From Octopus vulgaris (taxonomy: Eukaryota), in the NCBI GenBank assembly GCA_951406725.2, contig OX597830.1:434001-498000 (forward strand): DNA of 64,000 bases. Reading direction: 5' to 3'. The stretch's first letter is position 1, and the number at the start of each line of letters is the position of its first letter. The notes under the pieces are model-generated. The model was given only the letters and a program-made list of their open reading frames with translations, was not told where the DNA came from and did not search any database. A program made the position numbers and the translations under genes. Below are positions 24,330 to 35,817 of this stretch, piece after piece.

Positions 24330-26545
24330 CATGAATACTTTTGAATATATGCCAAACTTTTACCACAATAGAGGGAGGAAAAGAAATTATCCAGAAATAG
24401 TTTAATATTTATACATATCGTACACTTAAATACTAACTCATCAGATGGTAGCTGTGAATATTGATTAATTGGTATATACTGGTATTAATAAAGGAGTTTT
24501 GAGGTAAAAGGTCATGCTAATTATATATTAATAAAATTTTAATCTTAGCAGTGTTTGTTTTAATAGTGAATATGCCAATATAGTTGTATATAAGCTAAGT
24601 ATGAATTTATAGAGATACAAAAATTAGATTAATTTTATAAATAAATAAAGGCTAACTATAAAATAATAAAGAAATAAAATAAAATAATCAAGTAGGGCGG
24701 AACATCGTAGAAAAGGAAATAAAATAACTTAATTACTAACACTATGGTAAAGTATATGTAGCTTATTAACACCAATAGAGAAGAGTTTTAGAAAAAGTAT
24801 AATAATTCAAAATATATTAGACTAAAAATTATATATTTACTTATTTAGCTAATATCAATAAAAGTCTGATGTCTGGTATCAGCTAAAGGAATATTTAAGC
24901 TATGGAACAATCATATTTTACAATAATCTTTTTTTAAAAACTAAGGGTTATATTATAAGTTTAAGAAGTTATTATTGCTACTCCCTACATGATATTTATA
25001 GCTTCTTAGTGGCACTTGTTTAGATGGTTATTCATATAAAGGCCCTTATCAATACTAAGATCAGGAGGGTAGAGCCATTTAAGAAAGAGATAAATCAAGT
25101 AATTTCTAAAGATCATTTCAAGCAATATTGTCTTATTGGATAAAGTTAAAATTTAGGGTAATCAAGAAGATTATTAAGAATGAAATTTTAACAAAAGGAT
25201 AAAATTTCTTTGAATATCTTGAATATATACCAAATTGTTTACCACAATGGAGGAAGGAAAAAGAAAATTGCAAAGAAATATTTTAACATTTATTTACTTA
25301 TTACTTATCTAAATATTAACTTATTATATGGTTTCTATGGAGATTAATCAATTGGATTTAACTGGTATTTAATAAGGGAGCAACTGAGCTTAAAGAACAT
25401 GTTAATTATATAATGATTTAATTAAATTGCACTATTTTAAGTTGTTGAGATACCGGTATTACCTTATATAAGCTGAGTTCGAATTAATAGGGTTACAAAG
25501 ATTAGATTTAATTAAAATAATAAGAATAATAATAATAACAATAAAATGATCAGTTAGGGTAGAGTCTCATAGAAAAGGAATAAAAACAGCCTAATCACTA
25601 AAAACCATAATAAAATATCCATACCTTATTAACTTCAATAGCAAATATTTATAGAAAATGTATAATAGTTTAAGTATTATGATTTAAAAATTGTTAATTA
25701 ACTTATTTAGCTTATTATAATCAAGACTGAAACCCGGTATTGGTTAAAAGAATAATTGTTGTTAAAAGGACATTCTAATTATATAGGTGAGAGAACAAAT
25801 TTACTATAAATTAGTTAAATTATAATCTAAGCAGTTTAATTTTAAGTTGTGAACACATCCATATTGTTCTTTTATAAGCTACGTATGAATTTAAAGGGGT
25901 ACAAAAATTTAGGTTTGTCTAAAGGCAATTATAAAGTATTAAGGATATAAAATAGCTTATAAAGAGAAAAGGATATAAAATAGCTTAATCACTAGAATCA
26001 TGATGAAGTATATATACAACTTAGTAACTTCAACAGAGAAGATTTATAGAAAATACGTAATAATTCAAATATTTAAAACTAAAAATTACTCTTTTACTTG
26101 TTTGAGTCATTTGACTGTGGCCATGCTGGAGTACCGCCTTTAGTCAAGCAAATCGACCCCAGAACTTATTCTTTGTAACCCTAGTACTTATTCTATCAGT
26201 CTCTTTTGCTGAACTGCCAGGTTACGGGGATGTAAATACATCAGCATCAGTTGTCAAGCGATGTTGGGGGGACAAACACAGACACACAAACATATACACA
26301 TACACACACACACATATATATATACACATATATATATACACACATATATACGATGGGTTTCTTTCAGTTTTCGTCTACCAAATCCACTTACAAGGTTTTG
26401 GTCGGCCGAGGCTATAGTAAAAGACACTTGCCCTAGATGCCATGCAGTGGGACTGAAACCGGAACCATGTGGTTGGTAAGCAAGCTACTTACCACACAGC
26501 CACTCCTACGCCTATATTGTTTATTTACTTAATTAGCTTGTATCT
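24330..26545 (-). repeat. Diverged ~0.88-kb tandem duplication (about 2.5 units), possibly decayed PLE RT
   Basis: 24340-24530 resembles 25218-25412; 24590-24850 resembles 25467-25715 and 25870-26087. The third unit is split by a SINE and resumes at about 26516. Confidence 0.6.
26088..26515 (-). mobile_element. Full-length tRNA-derived SINE with internal (TG)n and LINE-type 3' tail
   Basis: Minus strand TAGGCGTAGGAGTGGCTGTGTGGTAAG head, CORE-like GGGCAAGTGTC, internal microsatellite, tail GGCGGTACTCCAGCATGGCCACAGTCAAATGACTCAAACAAGTAAAAGAG. Confidence 0.88.
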
Positions 26546-27779
26546 ATAATGATACCCAGTGTTAATCAAAGGAATATTAATTTTCTTCTTCTCCTTTCTT
26601 CCCTTCTCCAAACTCACAGACATGCACACACACACACACACCTCCACAAAACAATAATAAAAAAAATTTTCTTCTCTAAACCCAAAATCCATTTGACCAT
26701 CCGTCATTAAACACACACACACTCTCACAATGATAAAAAGGAAACATAATTTATGGTCTACCTCCTGGCCACCGCTCACTCAATAACATTATGAAATGGT
26801 CAAAACTGAAATTCTTTTTCCCCAAGATCTTAGAACCCCCTTGAAGTAAGCATCCTGTCCAGCAGGACAAACAAATTTATTTTTTCTTCTTTCCTCTCCT
26901 TTCCCCTCTTTTTCTTTAGCACCTCTTTCAAATACAAGCAAACACACACACACACACACACACATGTTCTCTCTCTCACTTTCTCCTCATCCATCACCCT
27001 CTTGTACTGTCTTCCCCACCACTACAAGCTCAATAACACTATAAAATGGTCAAAACATTTCACCCAGGAACTTAGTTTGATTTGAAAACCCCACTAGAAT
27101 GGGAGAAAGCGCCAATACATGATCTAAGTTATATGATGTATAAAAACATGTAATGTACAAATAAATATCTGTAAATATAAAACCATCCGAATTTCTGAGT
27201 ACCTCATTTCTTCTAAGATATATATATATATACAGAGAGAGGGATAGGGAGAGAGAGAGAGAAAGAGAGCATAGAGAAGTATTGTCCTCACAAGAGTGTA
27301 TGCATATTACATGCTTTCAATTTTTGTCCTTGTGTGTTATGCAGTTGATAGAATTCTTAGTCACATAATCAGTTCCCCTCCCGATTCCAATGGAATATCG
27401 GAGTTTAGAGAAATAATGGAAGTTGGCCATTACTTTAAAAATGGGTCGAGACTCATTGCAATTGTGTAGACTGGAATAACATATAATGAAATATCTTGCT
27501 CAAGGACTCGACACGTTAACTGGTCTGAGAATCAAAAGAATGTTCCTCTGATCAAGAGCCAGCCCCCTAACCATTTGGGCATGCATGTTTATGCCTGCAC
27601 CAAACATATACTTAAAACTTACATATGCATATATTCCAAAATATACATGTAATGTATTTACATATAATTAAAATTAATTTTTATACTTCAGTATGTATAT
27701 ATATAATTATGCAAATGCACACACACACTTATGAATGTATATTTGTGTATGTGTGTGTGTGTTTATATGTGCATCTATG

Positions 27780-27820
<41 letters not shown>

Positions 27821-27845
27821 AGGTTTGGAGATGACGTACAGGTAT

Positions 27846-27961
27846 TATATATTAGAAGAAATGAGGTAATCAGAAGATCGGATGGTTCATATTTACAGAT
27901 ATTAATATCTGTAAATATGAACCATCCGATCTTCTGATTATCTCATTTCTTCTAATATATA
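27846..27961. repeat. 116-bp spacerless palindrome (PLE-type pLTR end duplication)
   Basis: 58-bp arms centred at 27903/27904 with one mismatch; a diverged single copy of the arm is at about 27164-27222. Confidence 0.85.
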
Positions 27962-28024
27962 TGTATATATATATATATATATGAAAGAATGGAGTCGAAC
28001 GAAGATGTTAACAAAATTCCTTTA

Positions 28025-28106
28025 CTCTCGACATATGTTTCGAAGACCACATGGTTTCATTCCAAAGGAATAAAGGGTGTATGATGCAATCTTTTCATCA
28101 GGAAAG
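28025..28106 (-). ncRNA. Type I hammerhead, inverted copy (G10.1-to-A substitution)
   Basis: Same as the 28641 copy except CTGATGA-AAAGA, which breaks the first stem II pair. Confidence 0.7.
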
Positions 28107-28640
28107 AAAGGGAGCCTCTCTCGGCAACAAGACAAACAAAAATTTCGATGACTGTCTACATGGTAAACAAAACGACAATAAGTTAGATTGGCTCATACAG
28201 TCTGTATCCTTTCCTTTTGATAAGGGCAGGAGATTTTGTAACATTTGCAACTCTGAGCTCTTCCATATCCTCTTCTCTAAGGTTCCCCTTGTAAACACAC
28301 TCATAGAGAAATCCTATAAATGTAAGCACTGGCAGAAACATACTTTTTACTCTTACAAATGATTACGATAGGCATCGTGCTTTGAACAATTAGCTTAACA
28401 TACGCTCCACTTCAATAGTGAAATTCTTTCCTAAGCCTTTGAACATTCTTAATCAACAAACCCTTCTCTTTCCACTGGTTCCCTACCTATCATTCCTTTA
28501 ACCCTTCTCTTCCTACTATCTAACTTTGACGTAAAATCTTCTAACGGTTTTTAAAAAAAAGTCACTTATTGTCGTTTTGTTTACCATGTAGACAGTCATC
28601 GAAATTTTTGTTTGTCTTGTTGCCGAGAGAGGCTCCCTTT

Positions 28641-28722
28641 CTTTCCTGATGAGAAGATTGCATCATACACCCTTTATTCCTTTGGAATGAAACCATGTGG
28701 TCTTCGAAACATATGTCGAGAG
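28641..28722 (+). ncRNA. Canonical type I hammerhead ribozyme
   Basis: CTTTC-CTGATGA-GAAGATTGCAT...ATGTGGTCTTC-GAA-AC ATAT GT-C-GAGAG. All core nucleotides present, G10.1-C11.1, 11-bp stem II with wobbles, palindromic stem/loop III (ACATATGT), GUC cleavage after 28717. Stem I extends (CCTTT/AAAGG) past a U bulge. Confidence 0.85.
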
Positions 28723-29234
28723 TAAAGGAATTTTTTTAACATCTTCGTTCGACTCCATTCTTTCATTTATTCATATATAACACACAAATTCCTGCAAATG
28801 AACCCGGAGTTTCTAACTTTGGACAGGTCGCGTCAACCGTATTTCTGACGCGAATTTGCTACCTTGGTATCGGTTCAACGAATTTTCCATGCTGGCGATA
28901 AACATAGAATAATTCATTCACCTATTGAAATATATATATATATATATATATATATACCATCTATTTAAAGTTATTAAATCTGACAGAAAAAAGCATGTAG
29001 TTTGGCTAATATATTCGGTAGCACACTGGGTCGAGTAAACAGAGAGGTGTGGGTTCGAGTCCCGCGCTTACGGGAAGACCTCCATTTTTCTGTCTCGGCT
29101 TTATAAGCCCCATTATTAGACTATTTTCTTTAGTCATTGTGCAGTGTCCGCTATAAGCTTTAAGCTAATAAAATACTATTATTATTATTTACATAATTGT
29201 AAAAACCGGCACTGCTTTACAAAAACATTTGCAG

Positions 29235-29286
<52 letters not shown>

Positions 29287-29849
29287 TGTGAGTGTGTACT
29301 ACCTCCTCTGCTAATCTTAAAGAGATTTGCTCGTGTATTTATTATCAATATATTTGTCATGTGTCTTCCATAAACCAATATTTACGGTGAATGGCCGCTT
29401 GCAACATTGATACTAGCATACAGATAAAGATCTAAAGATTGATAACAAAATGATGTTTGAAGTGAAAATAAAACACACAGTCAATAGTTTGGTACTGCAA
29501 TAAATTAAATGGTAAAAGCACTTTGCTAGAACGAAGCATGAACAAAAATAACAATACAGAAGAAACTGACTGCAACACATATATAAAATGATCATACAAT
29601 CAAACCAATTCCAGTTTGCAGTGGAAACATACACATACATATATATACACACATGCGTACCTTCATATATACATATGTGTGCATATATGTTTGTGCATAC
29701 AGACAGAAACATACACTTCGTCTTCTTTTCCTACTCCTTCTTCTTCTCCTATTCCTTCTTCTTTTCCTCCTCCTTCTTCTTTCTCTACTCCTCCTTCTTA
29801 TTTCCTCTCCTCCTCATTCTCCACCCTTCATGTCGAGGAGGTAGCAGTC

Positions 29850-30320
29850 GTCACGATGGATGAGCCCTTCATCTCTACGACCCGACCGAAGAAGGCACGA
29901 CATAGCTGCAGCTCATTCAAGAGCATACGGATCCTTGTTTTCGTTGTCCAAGGTTTTGGGCGTCAAGAATTCGTCCCAAAGGACAACCGGACGGTCAATC
30001 GAGAGTTTTACAGCGATGTGTTGAGCGTTTGAGGGAGGACGTTCGCCGAAAGCGACCGGATTTGTGGAGCGCGAAGTATTGGATTCTTCAAGACGACAAT
30101 GCAGCACCCTGTCACCGGGCTCCACCACTCCTAACCCTAACCACAAAATCAACACCGTATCGTTTCCACACCCACCCTATTCGCCAGATTTAATACCTGC
30201 AGGCTTCCATCTCTTCCGCAAGACGAAAAGGCAGCTAAAAGGTCACCATTTTAACATCGATTTTGAATCGCAGAAGGTCCTCGATTCGCCTAAAGAAAAC
30301 GACTTTGAGGCCGGATCAGT
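29850..30320 (+). mobile_element. Degenerate mariner transposase fragment
   Basis: RPKKAR...EFVPKDNRTVNREFYSDVL and HPPYSPDLIPAGFHLF (mariner YSPDL motif); frameshifted. Confidence 0.8.
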
Positions 30321-30324
30321 GAAA

Positions 30325-30630
30325 AAGAGAATACCTACGCTGAACTATTAAGAAATATGCAGTTACTCTATCCAGTTCAGGTTTATACCTGTAATTATTG
30401 GGGCCTTGGGATATGTAACATACTGCCTAAATAAATCTTGCGAAATTAGTCTTCTCAAAACCAGAAAGGAGAAAGCTAATTCGAAGACTACAGATCCGAT
30501 CCATGACCGGAACTGGAAAAACCTGTAAGACTTTCCAGAAGTTTATCATTGAAATAGATATGAGCATGTCTAGATAAACAAGTATATGCGTGAGAATACA
30601 TACACAAAGCAAAACATGCGGATCTGCACG
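30325..30630 (+). mobile_element. 3' end of an RLE-type (Dong/R4-like) non-LTR element
   Basis: YAELLRNMQLLYP...FIPVIIGALGYV...KLIRRLQI...CKTFQKFII resembles the RLE C-terminus; runs into (CATA)n. Confidence 0.6.
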
Positions 30631-30744
30631 CATACATACATACATACATACATACATACATACATACATACATACATACATACATACATACATACATACA
30701 TACATACATACATACATACATACATACATACATACATACATACA
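30631..30744. repeat. (CATA)n microsatellite
   Basis: Perfect tetranucleotide run. Confidence 0.98.
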
Positions 30745-31262
30745 TGGTGGCTGCCCCCTCGTTATCGAGTATGGCCATTTCACGAAGCTTAATCAATGTT
30801 GTTATCGTGCAATGCTTGTGCAAGAAGATTTTTTTTTAAAGTGAGGAAAGGCTGTGCACTGAGTCAATCCCACTCACTAAGCAACAGCAGCCATAATCCG
30901 AAAAGAAGAACAAGACAACATCTTGGGTAACCACTGAGCCGCAGGTTTTATGTCGGAGTTATCCCAGTTACCTGAGTTGCCTTCTCTTAGAAGGATGCCT
31001 TAACTTCACTCCCAAAGGTTTAACCGCGCGATCGGTTATTCAGTCCGATTATTTCTTCCCCGCGCATGATACAGCCTTAAGACATTTATTGGATGGCCGT
31101 TGACTCTCAAGATTTCCTCCGCCCTTTGACGGGCTTTGTTTTTCATCCCGCAGGGTGTCCAATAAGCAAGCTTGGTGGGGTTGCCGGTTTAGTCGCCGAC
31201 GACCCGACCATGCAACAGGTTGTTCTGGGTTACATGTTACCAGTAGCACTCAAAAGTGACCT
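30745..31262 (-). mobile_element. GC-richer repeat inserted in (CATA)n, possibly an RTE-type 5' region or non-autonomous derivative
   Basis: Bounded on both sides by CATA repeats, structured and GC-rich, no convincing ORF. Confidence 0.35.
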
Positions 31263-33184
31263 GACATACATACATACAAACAAAGATATCCTGTTGTTGA
31301 TGTTGAAATTCCAATGAAGGAGCCTTGGATCTAGGTTAGAAACCAGCTCTTTTCTCTATTGGCAAGGAATCTTGAAATAAAACTGAACAATGACATACAT
31401 ATGTGAGTGTTTGGATACATGTGTGAAGAAAAAGTGACAGTTTAGAGACATCAGGTAAAATACACAAAGCCATTCCCAGATTGTATGGAAATCATTAGTG
31501 TCACCACCACACATAGAATTAGAATTTATAAAAGGGACTGATCGGAAATTCTAGCGAAAGAGGTTACGATGATCGAATTAATATAGACAATACAACCATA
31601 GAATTGTTTCAAGAAAAGCTATACAAACAAATTTCACAAAACAACATATCTTCCTAATCAACCAGAGAATTCCGGAATCGCCCAATGAAAGCATCCAAAA
31701 TGAAGCAGCGGCGGCAGCAAAACAGGTCAGGATTTAGCAAAGTTGAATAAAATTGCGCAAGTAATAACAGGAGCCAGCGTTGCTACTGAATCAGCGAATT
31801 GAAATTAAAAGAGAGATAAACAAGTTTAGACAAAATAGTTTATGGCATCAACAACCAGTGTATTGGCCAGTGAATTGACGATTCTAGGACAAAGATAAAA
31901 ATATCATTAATAAAATCTTACGATCCTGAAACAATGGAGACATCGACCTATGAAAACAGAACGAAGAAAGATTCAACGAATGGAACCATGACACTACTAG
32001 GCACAGATTTAATAAAGTAACATTTTATAAGCATGGTAACAAAATAGAGTGACATACAGAAATGGATTAAATCATTAACAGACACGCGCGCACACACACT
32101 AAAACACCGATAATTATCTCACACGCTTGGCAAACAAGAATATGCGTGCATTTCCATGCATCTGTACGTATATACAAACAAGCAAGTAACTCAGGCTCCC
32201 ACACGACTAATTTTATCAAATGTTCCTAAAATAGGGTTGTCTCATCGGATTGTATGATAGAAGGCATTTGCACAAGACACTGTGGATTCGGATCCGACCC
32301 AGAACTTCGGTGTTCGGAACCTAACTTTAAACCATTAATTACTCATAAATTGTGTCATGTCCTTCTAGTGGGATGATATGATGGCGTCAGTTTAAAATTA
32401 ACACTAATCAACTGAATATAGCTGTTTATACTCTCCTGAAATTTAATCAGATACTTTTTTGTAAAACTCCTTGTTTTGACAAAAGAGCACCAATATGATA
32501 AACAAGTCCAGCGATGCATTCGATCAACCAAAACACACAAGGCTTGAGCAGACGCAGGAACAAAGAACGTCATCTTTATTCATCGTTCCCTCAATCTGAT
32601 ATTATTTTCACATCTTTTGTTAAATATATGTGTGTGCGTATGCATGTACATACGTATTACAAATGCATATATATATATATATGTGTGTGTGTGTGTATAA
32701 TCCCTTAATGACTCTAACATAATAATTATCTTTGCACTTCTGCAACATTCGCTTACTTTTATCCCGCAACTAATTTTCCTGTCTCTTTTCCCCCTTCTCT
32801 CATCTCACCTACATCATATGACTTCCATTTCTAGGTTTTTTAAAAAAGTTTTCTTCTTCCCTTCTCTGTATTTTTTCTTTCGTTCTTCCTTCCTTCTCTT
32901 CCTATTTAAATATTTTCTTTTATTTTTTACTCCTATATTCCATCTGACATAATAACATTTTTAGATATCTTTACATATTTTTAGGTATTTATATTTTCTC
33001 ATTTATTTTAATTTATTTTGCCTCACTTTCTCTAATTTTCTTTTCATCTTCCTCTACTTTGCAATTTCGGCTTTAGCTATTTAATATATTTTAAATTTCT
33101 TAAAATATACTTATCTGACAGTTCCATGATATCCGAAAATACATATGGTGGTTGTCTTTATGTATGCTTGTATGTACGTATACT

Positions 33185-33244
<60 letters not shown>

Positions 33245-33967
33245 TGCGTGTGTGTGTGTGCGTGCGTGTGTGCGTGCGTGTGTGAGTGTGCGTGTGTGTG
33301 TGTACATGTCGAAAAAAAAGCTACTCATCAACTTCAAAAGTCACATCTTAAAACGTCTGAAATTTATTATCAACATAGACGTTTAGAGCCAATTTGAAAT
33401 TAGTTTTTGGTATGACATACGTCGATGTGATATATATGGACAGAACGAATATGGAGATTAGCCACATGAGGTAAATAAGGATATATCTATCTTACAATAA
33501 CCGCTTTCACAGCTGCGTCTTCAGCGTGTGTCTGTGGATTTTACTTCTTGTGATGAAGTAGACTAAATGGCAGTCAGACGCGAAGGATAAAGAGAAAGCT
33601 ATCAGCGAACGATGGGACCGACTCGGGGTGACTATGTATAAAGTACTGAAACAATGAGTTTGATTGGCGTAGGGAAAACATTTGCCGATGGATGTTATAA
33701 GAAATTTACTATCTAAACTCTTTACGAGTTTACTACAAACATGCATACATGCAAACGCACATCCATCCATCCACTTGCATTCATACATACACACCACAAA
33801 TATAATGCGTAAGCGGAACAATAAAAATATAATTTTCTCAAGTTTGAAATAGGACAATGCTTTCCTTGTAGATATTCCAACAATGGAACTTTGTATGTTT
33901 GTCTTCCTCAGAGAAACGTTTTATATAATTAAAGACAGACGAGAACATAAATGCACATATATCTGTG

Positions 33968-34007
<40 letters not shown>

Positions 34008-34009
<2 letters not shown>

Positions 34010-34896
34010 AGATCATCATATAAGTTCTGTTCGAAGTTTGAATAAAGAAAACAAGTGATCAAATTTCATATTTAATTGAAATTTAATCATCAATTTACTT
34101 TCCTTGAGCATTGATTGTTGGTAACAATCCAACGTGAATTACTCCTTTGCAATCCCACCAGATAGAGAGAAGAAACTTTTTCCCATGAAGTTCCCTTCTC
34201 GTTTGTAGTTGAGCCTTTTTCCTTTTACCAAGCTACAGCTTATGACGTTTAACATTTCGATAGAAGATCTATTTTTCGTCACCAGTCACAAGTCTATCAA
34301 AAAAGGTTGAAACGATTTTGCGAGAATGGAGAGAAGAGCAGATGTCAACTCGGGATTTGCGGTTCCTTTCGGACAATCCATGAGGTACCCATTTTCCAAG
34401 TTTAGGAATCTTTCCAAGTTGTTGAAGATGACGATGAACAGTTGTATGGTTTGAACTAAGCTTGACAATTCTTCAACTGATAATGCAGGATTTTCTTCAA
34501 GTAATGCCTCAAGGAGCTTATCAAACTCAATTGGATCTTCATCTTCAAGACTGAAATCTCCACTTCTGAATTTTGCAAACTATCTTCTCAAGTTCTTTCA
34601 TTCAAACATTATTTCCCATAAACCGAGTGTATGTTTCGAGTCGCTTCAGCCGCAGAGTTTCCTTTTTTTGTATTCATAAAGCATTATGTGCCTTAAATGC
34701 TATTTGGATACTTCCATGTTAGAAAGGGTCTTAATCAAAGAAATTTTAATTCTATTATTCTGTAAAATAATATTTAAGTAGTTTAAATGTACACAAATGC
34801 ATAAAAATAATTTTTAATTCCATTAGACATTCTAAAATACTATTTCATTCAATTTTAAAACAGGTAATGCCGGACAGAACTTATAGGATGACCTGT
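34008..34896 (-). mobile_element. Internally deleted mariner element with both TIRs
   Basis: Left end ACAGATCATCATATAAGTTCTGTTCG versus reverse complement of the right end ACAGGTCATCCTATAAGTTCTGTCCG. Minus translation MEVSK*HLRHIMLYEY...LGKWVPHGLSERNRKSRVDICSSL...RLVTGDEK*IFY (WVPHxL motif and first catalytic D); C-terminal half missing. Confidence 0.88.
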
Positions 34897-34973
34897 TCGT
34901 ACAATTTACTACACACACACACACATACACACACACACACACACGCACGCACACACACACACACACACACACG

Positions 34974-35007
<34 letters not shown>

Positions 35008-35817
35008 CTAGCAGCATAGCCCGGCGTTGCCCGGGTATGTAAGAGCCCCTAGTAGGCAACGACTAATCCCAATCTAGTCCTTTCCCTCTAGGGAACGAAG
35101 GCGCATGTGTAGGTTGCAATGTCTTCTCTTCACTCCCAAATAACTATCAAACAGCTATCGATAATTCAACCCAACCAATTCCTACCAGGAAGAAATTACA
35201 TTCGAGACTTTACCCCCAACACCGCCACTTCTGCTAATAGGTGCTGCAGCCGCAAGTTATTCGAATACTTTTTTTGTTTACACTTTCTTTATAACTACCA
35301 TCCCAAACGTTTTACCTTAAATTTTTGACGTACCCTAAGGGTCCTCGGACGCTACTTGCAAACTCTTGGTTTATTATAAACCGCTTTTGTCGTGTGCATC
35401 AAAAAAAACCTTTTCCATTCGTTTGTTCAGCTTGGTCACTTTTGACTTTTTCGTTGTTGTCACTCACATTGCTGCCCGCTTTTTTTGCCGTTTTTGTACA
35501 TTTTTATACATTTTGGGATACTTACCCCACGTGTTCCGAGAGTTAAAAAGGTCGAGTTGCGTACCCTAGACAGTCTGTAGAAAATGTGTTGCATATAAAA
35601 AGCTTAGATTCTCGACCCATGTCGAATTTATCGATTTTTTTTCAGAACTGGGGGAACTTTTTAAAATTTTCGCTGCGTTAGTTTTGAATTATGACATTGG
35701 GCTATGTGTGTGTCAAGTTTCATCAGAATCGGTTCAAAGTCGTGGTCAGGGTGAGGGTACAACCTGACAGACACACAGACACACAGACAGACAAACTACC
35801 GTTTATATAGAGAGAGA
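35008..35817 (-). mobile_element. Non-autonomous Helitron
   Basis: Minus strand starts A|TCTCTCTCTATATAAAC with subterminal (TCTG/TGTG)n and ends with hairpin CCCGGGCAACGCCGGG just before CTAG|T. Inserted between A and T. Confidence 0.85.

Larger units (their letters stand above)
27981..28930 (+). mobile_element. Non-coding PLE-type element with 203-bp inverted repeats, each containing a hammerhead
   Basis: Arms 27981-28183 and 28564-28766 (2 mismatches noticed by eye), 380-bp spacer, unique tail to about 28930, (TA)n flanks. Confidence 0.85.

Noticed and set aside
33545-33655. C/D box snoRNA (GTGATGA ... CTGA)
   Set aside because: No terminal stem and no recognisable rRNA guide; expected by chance.
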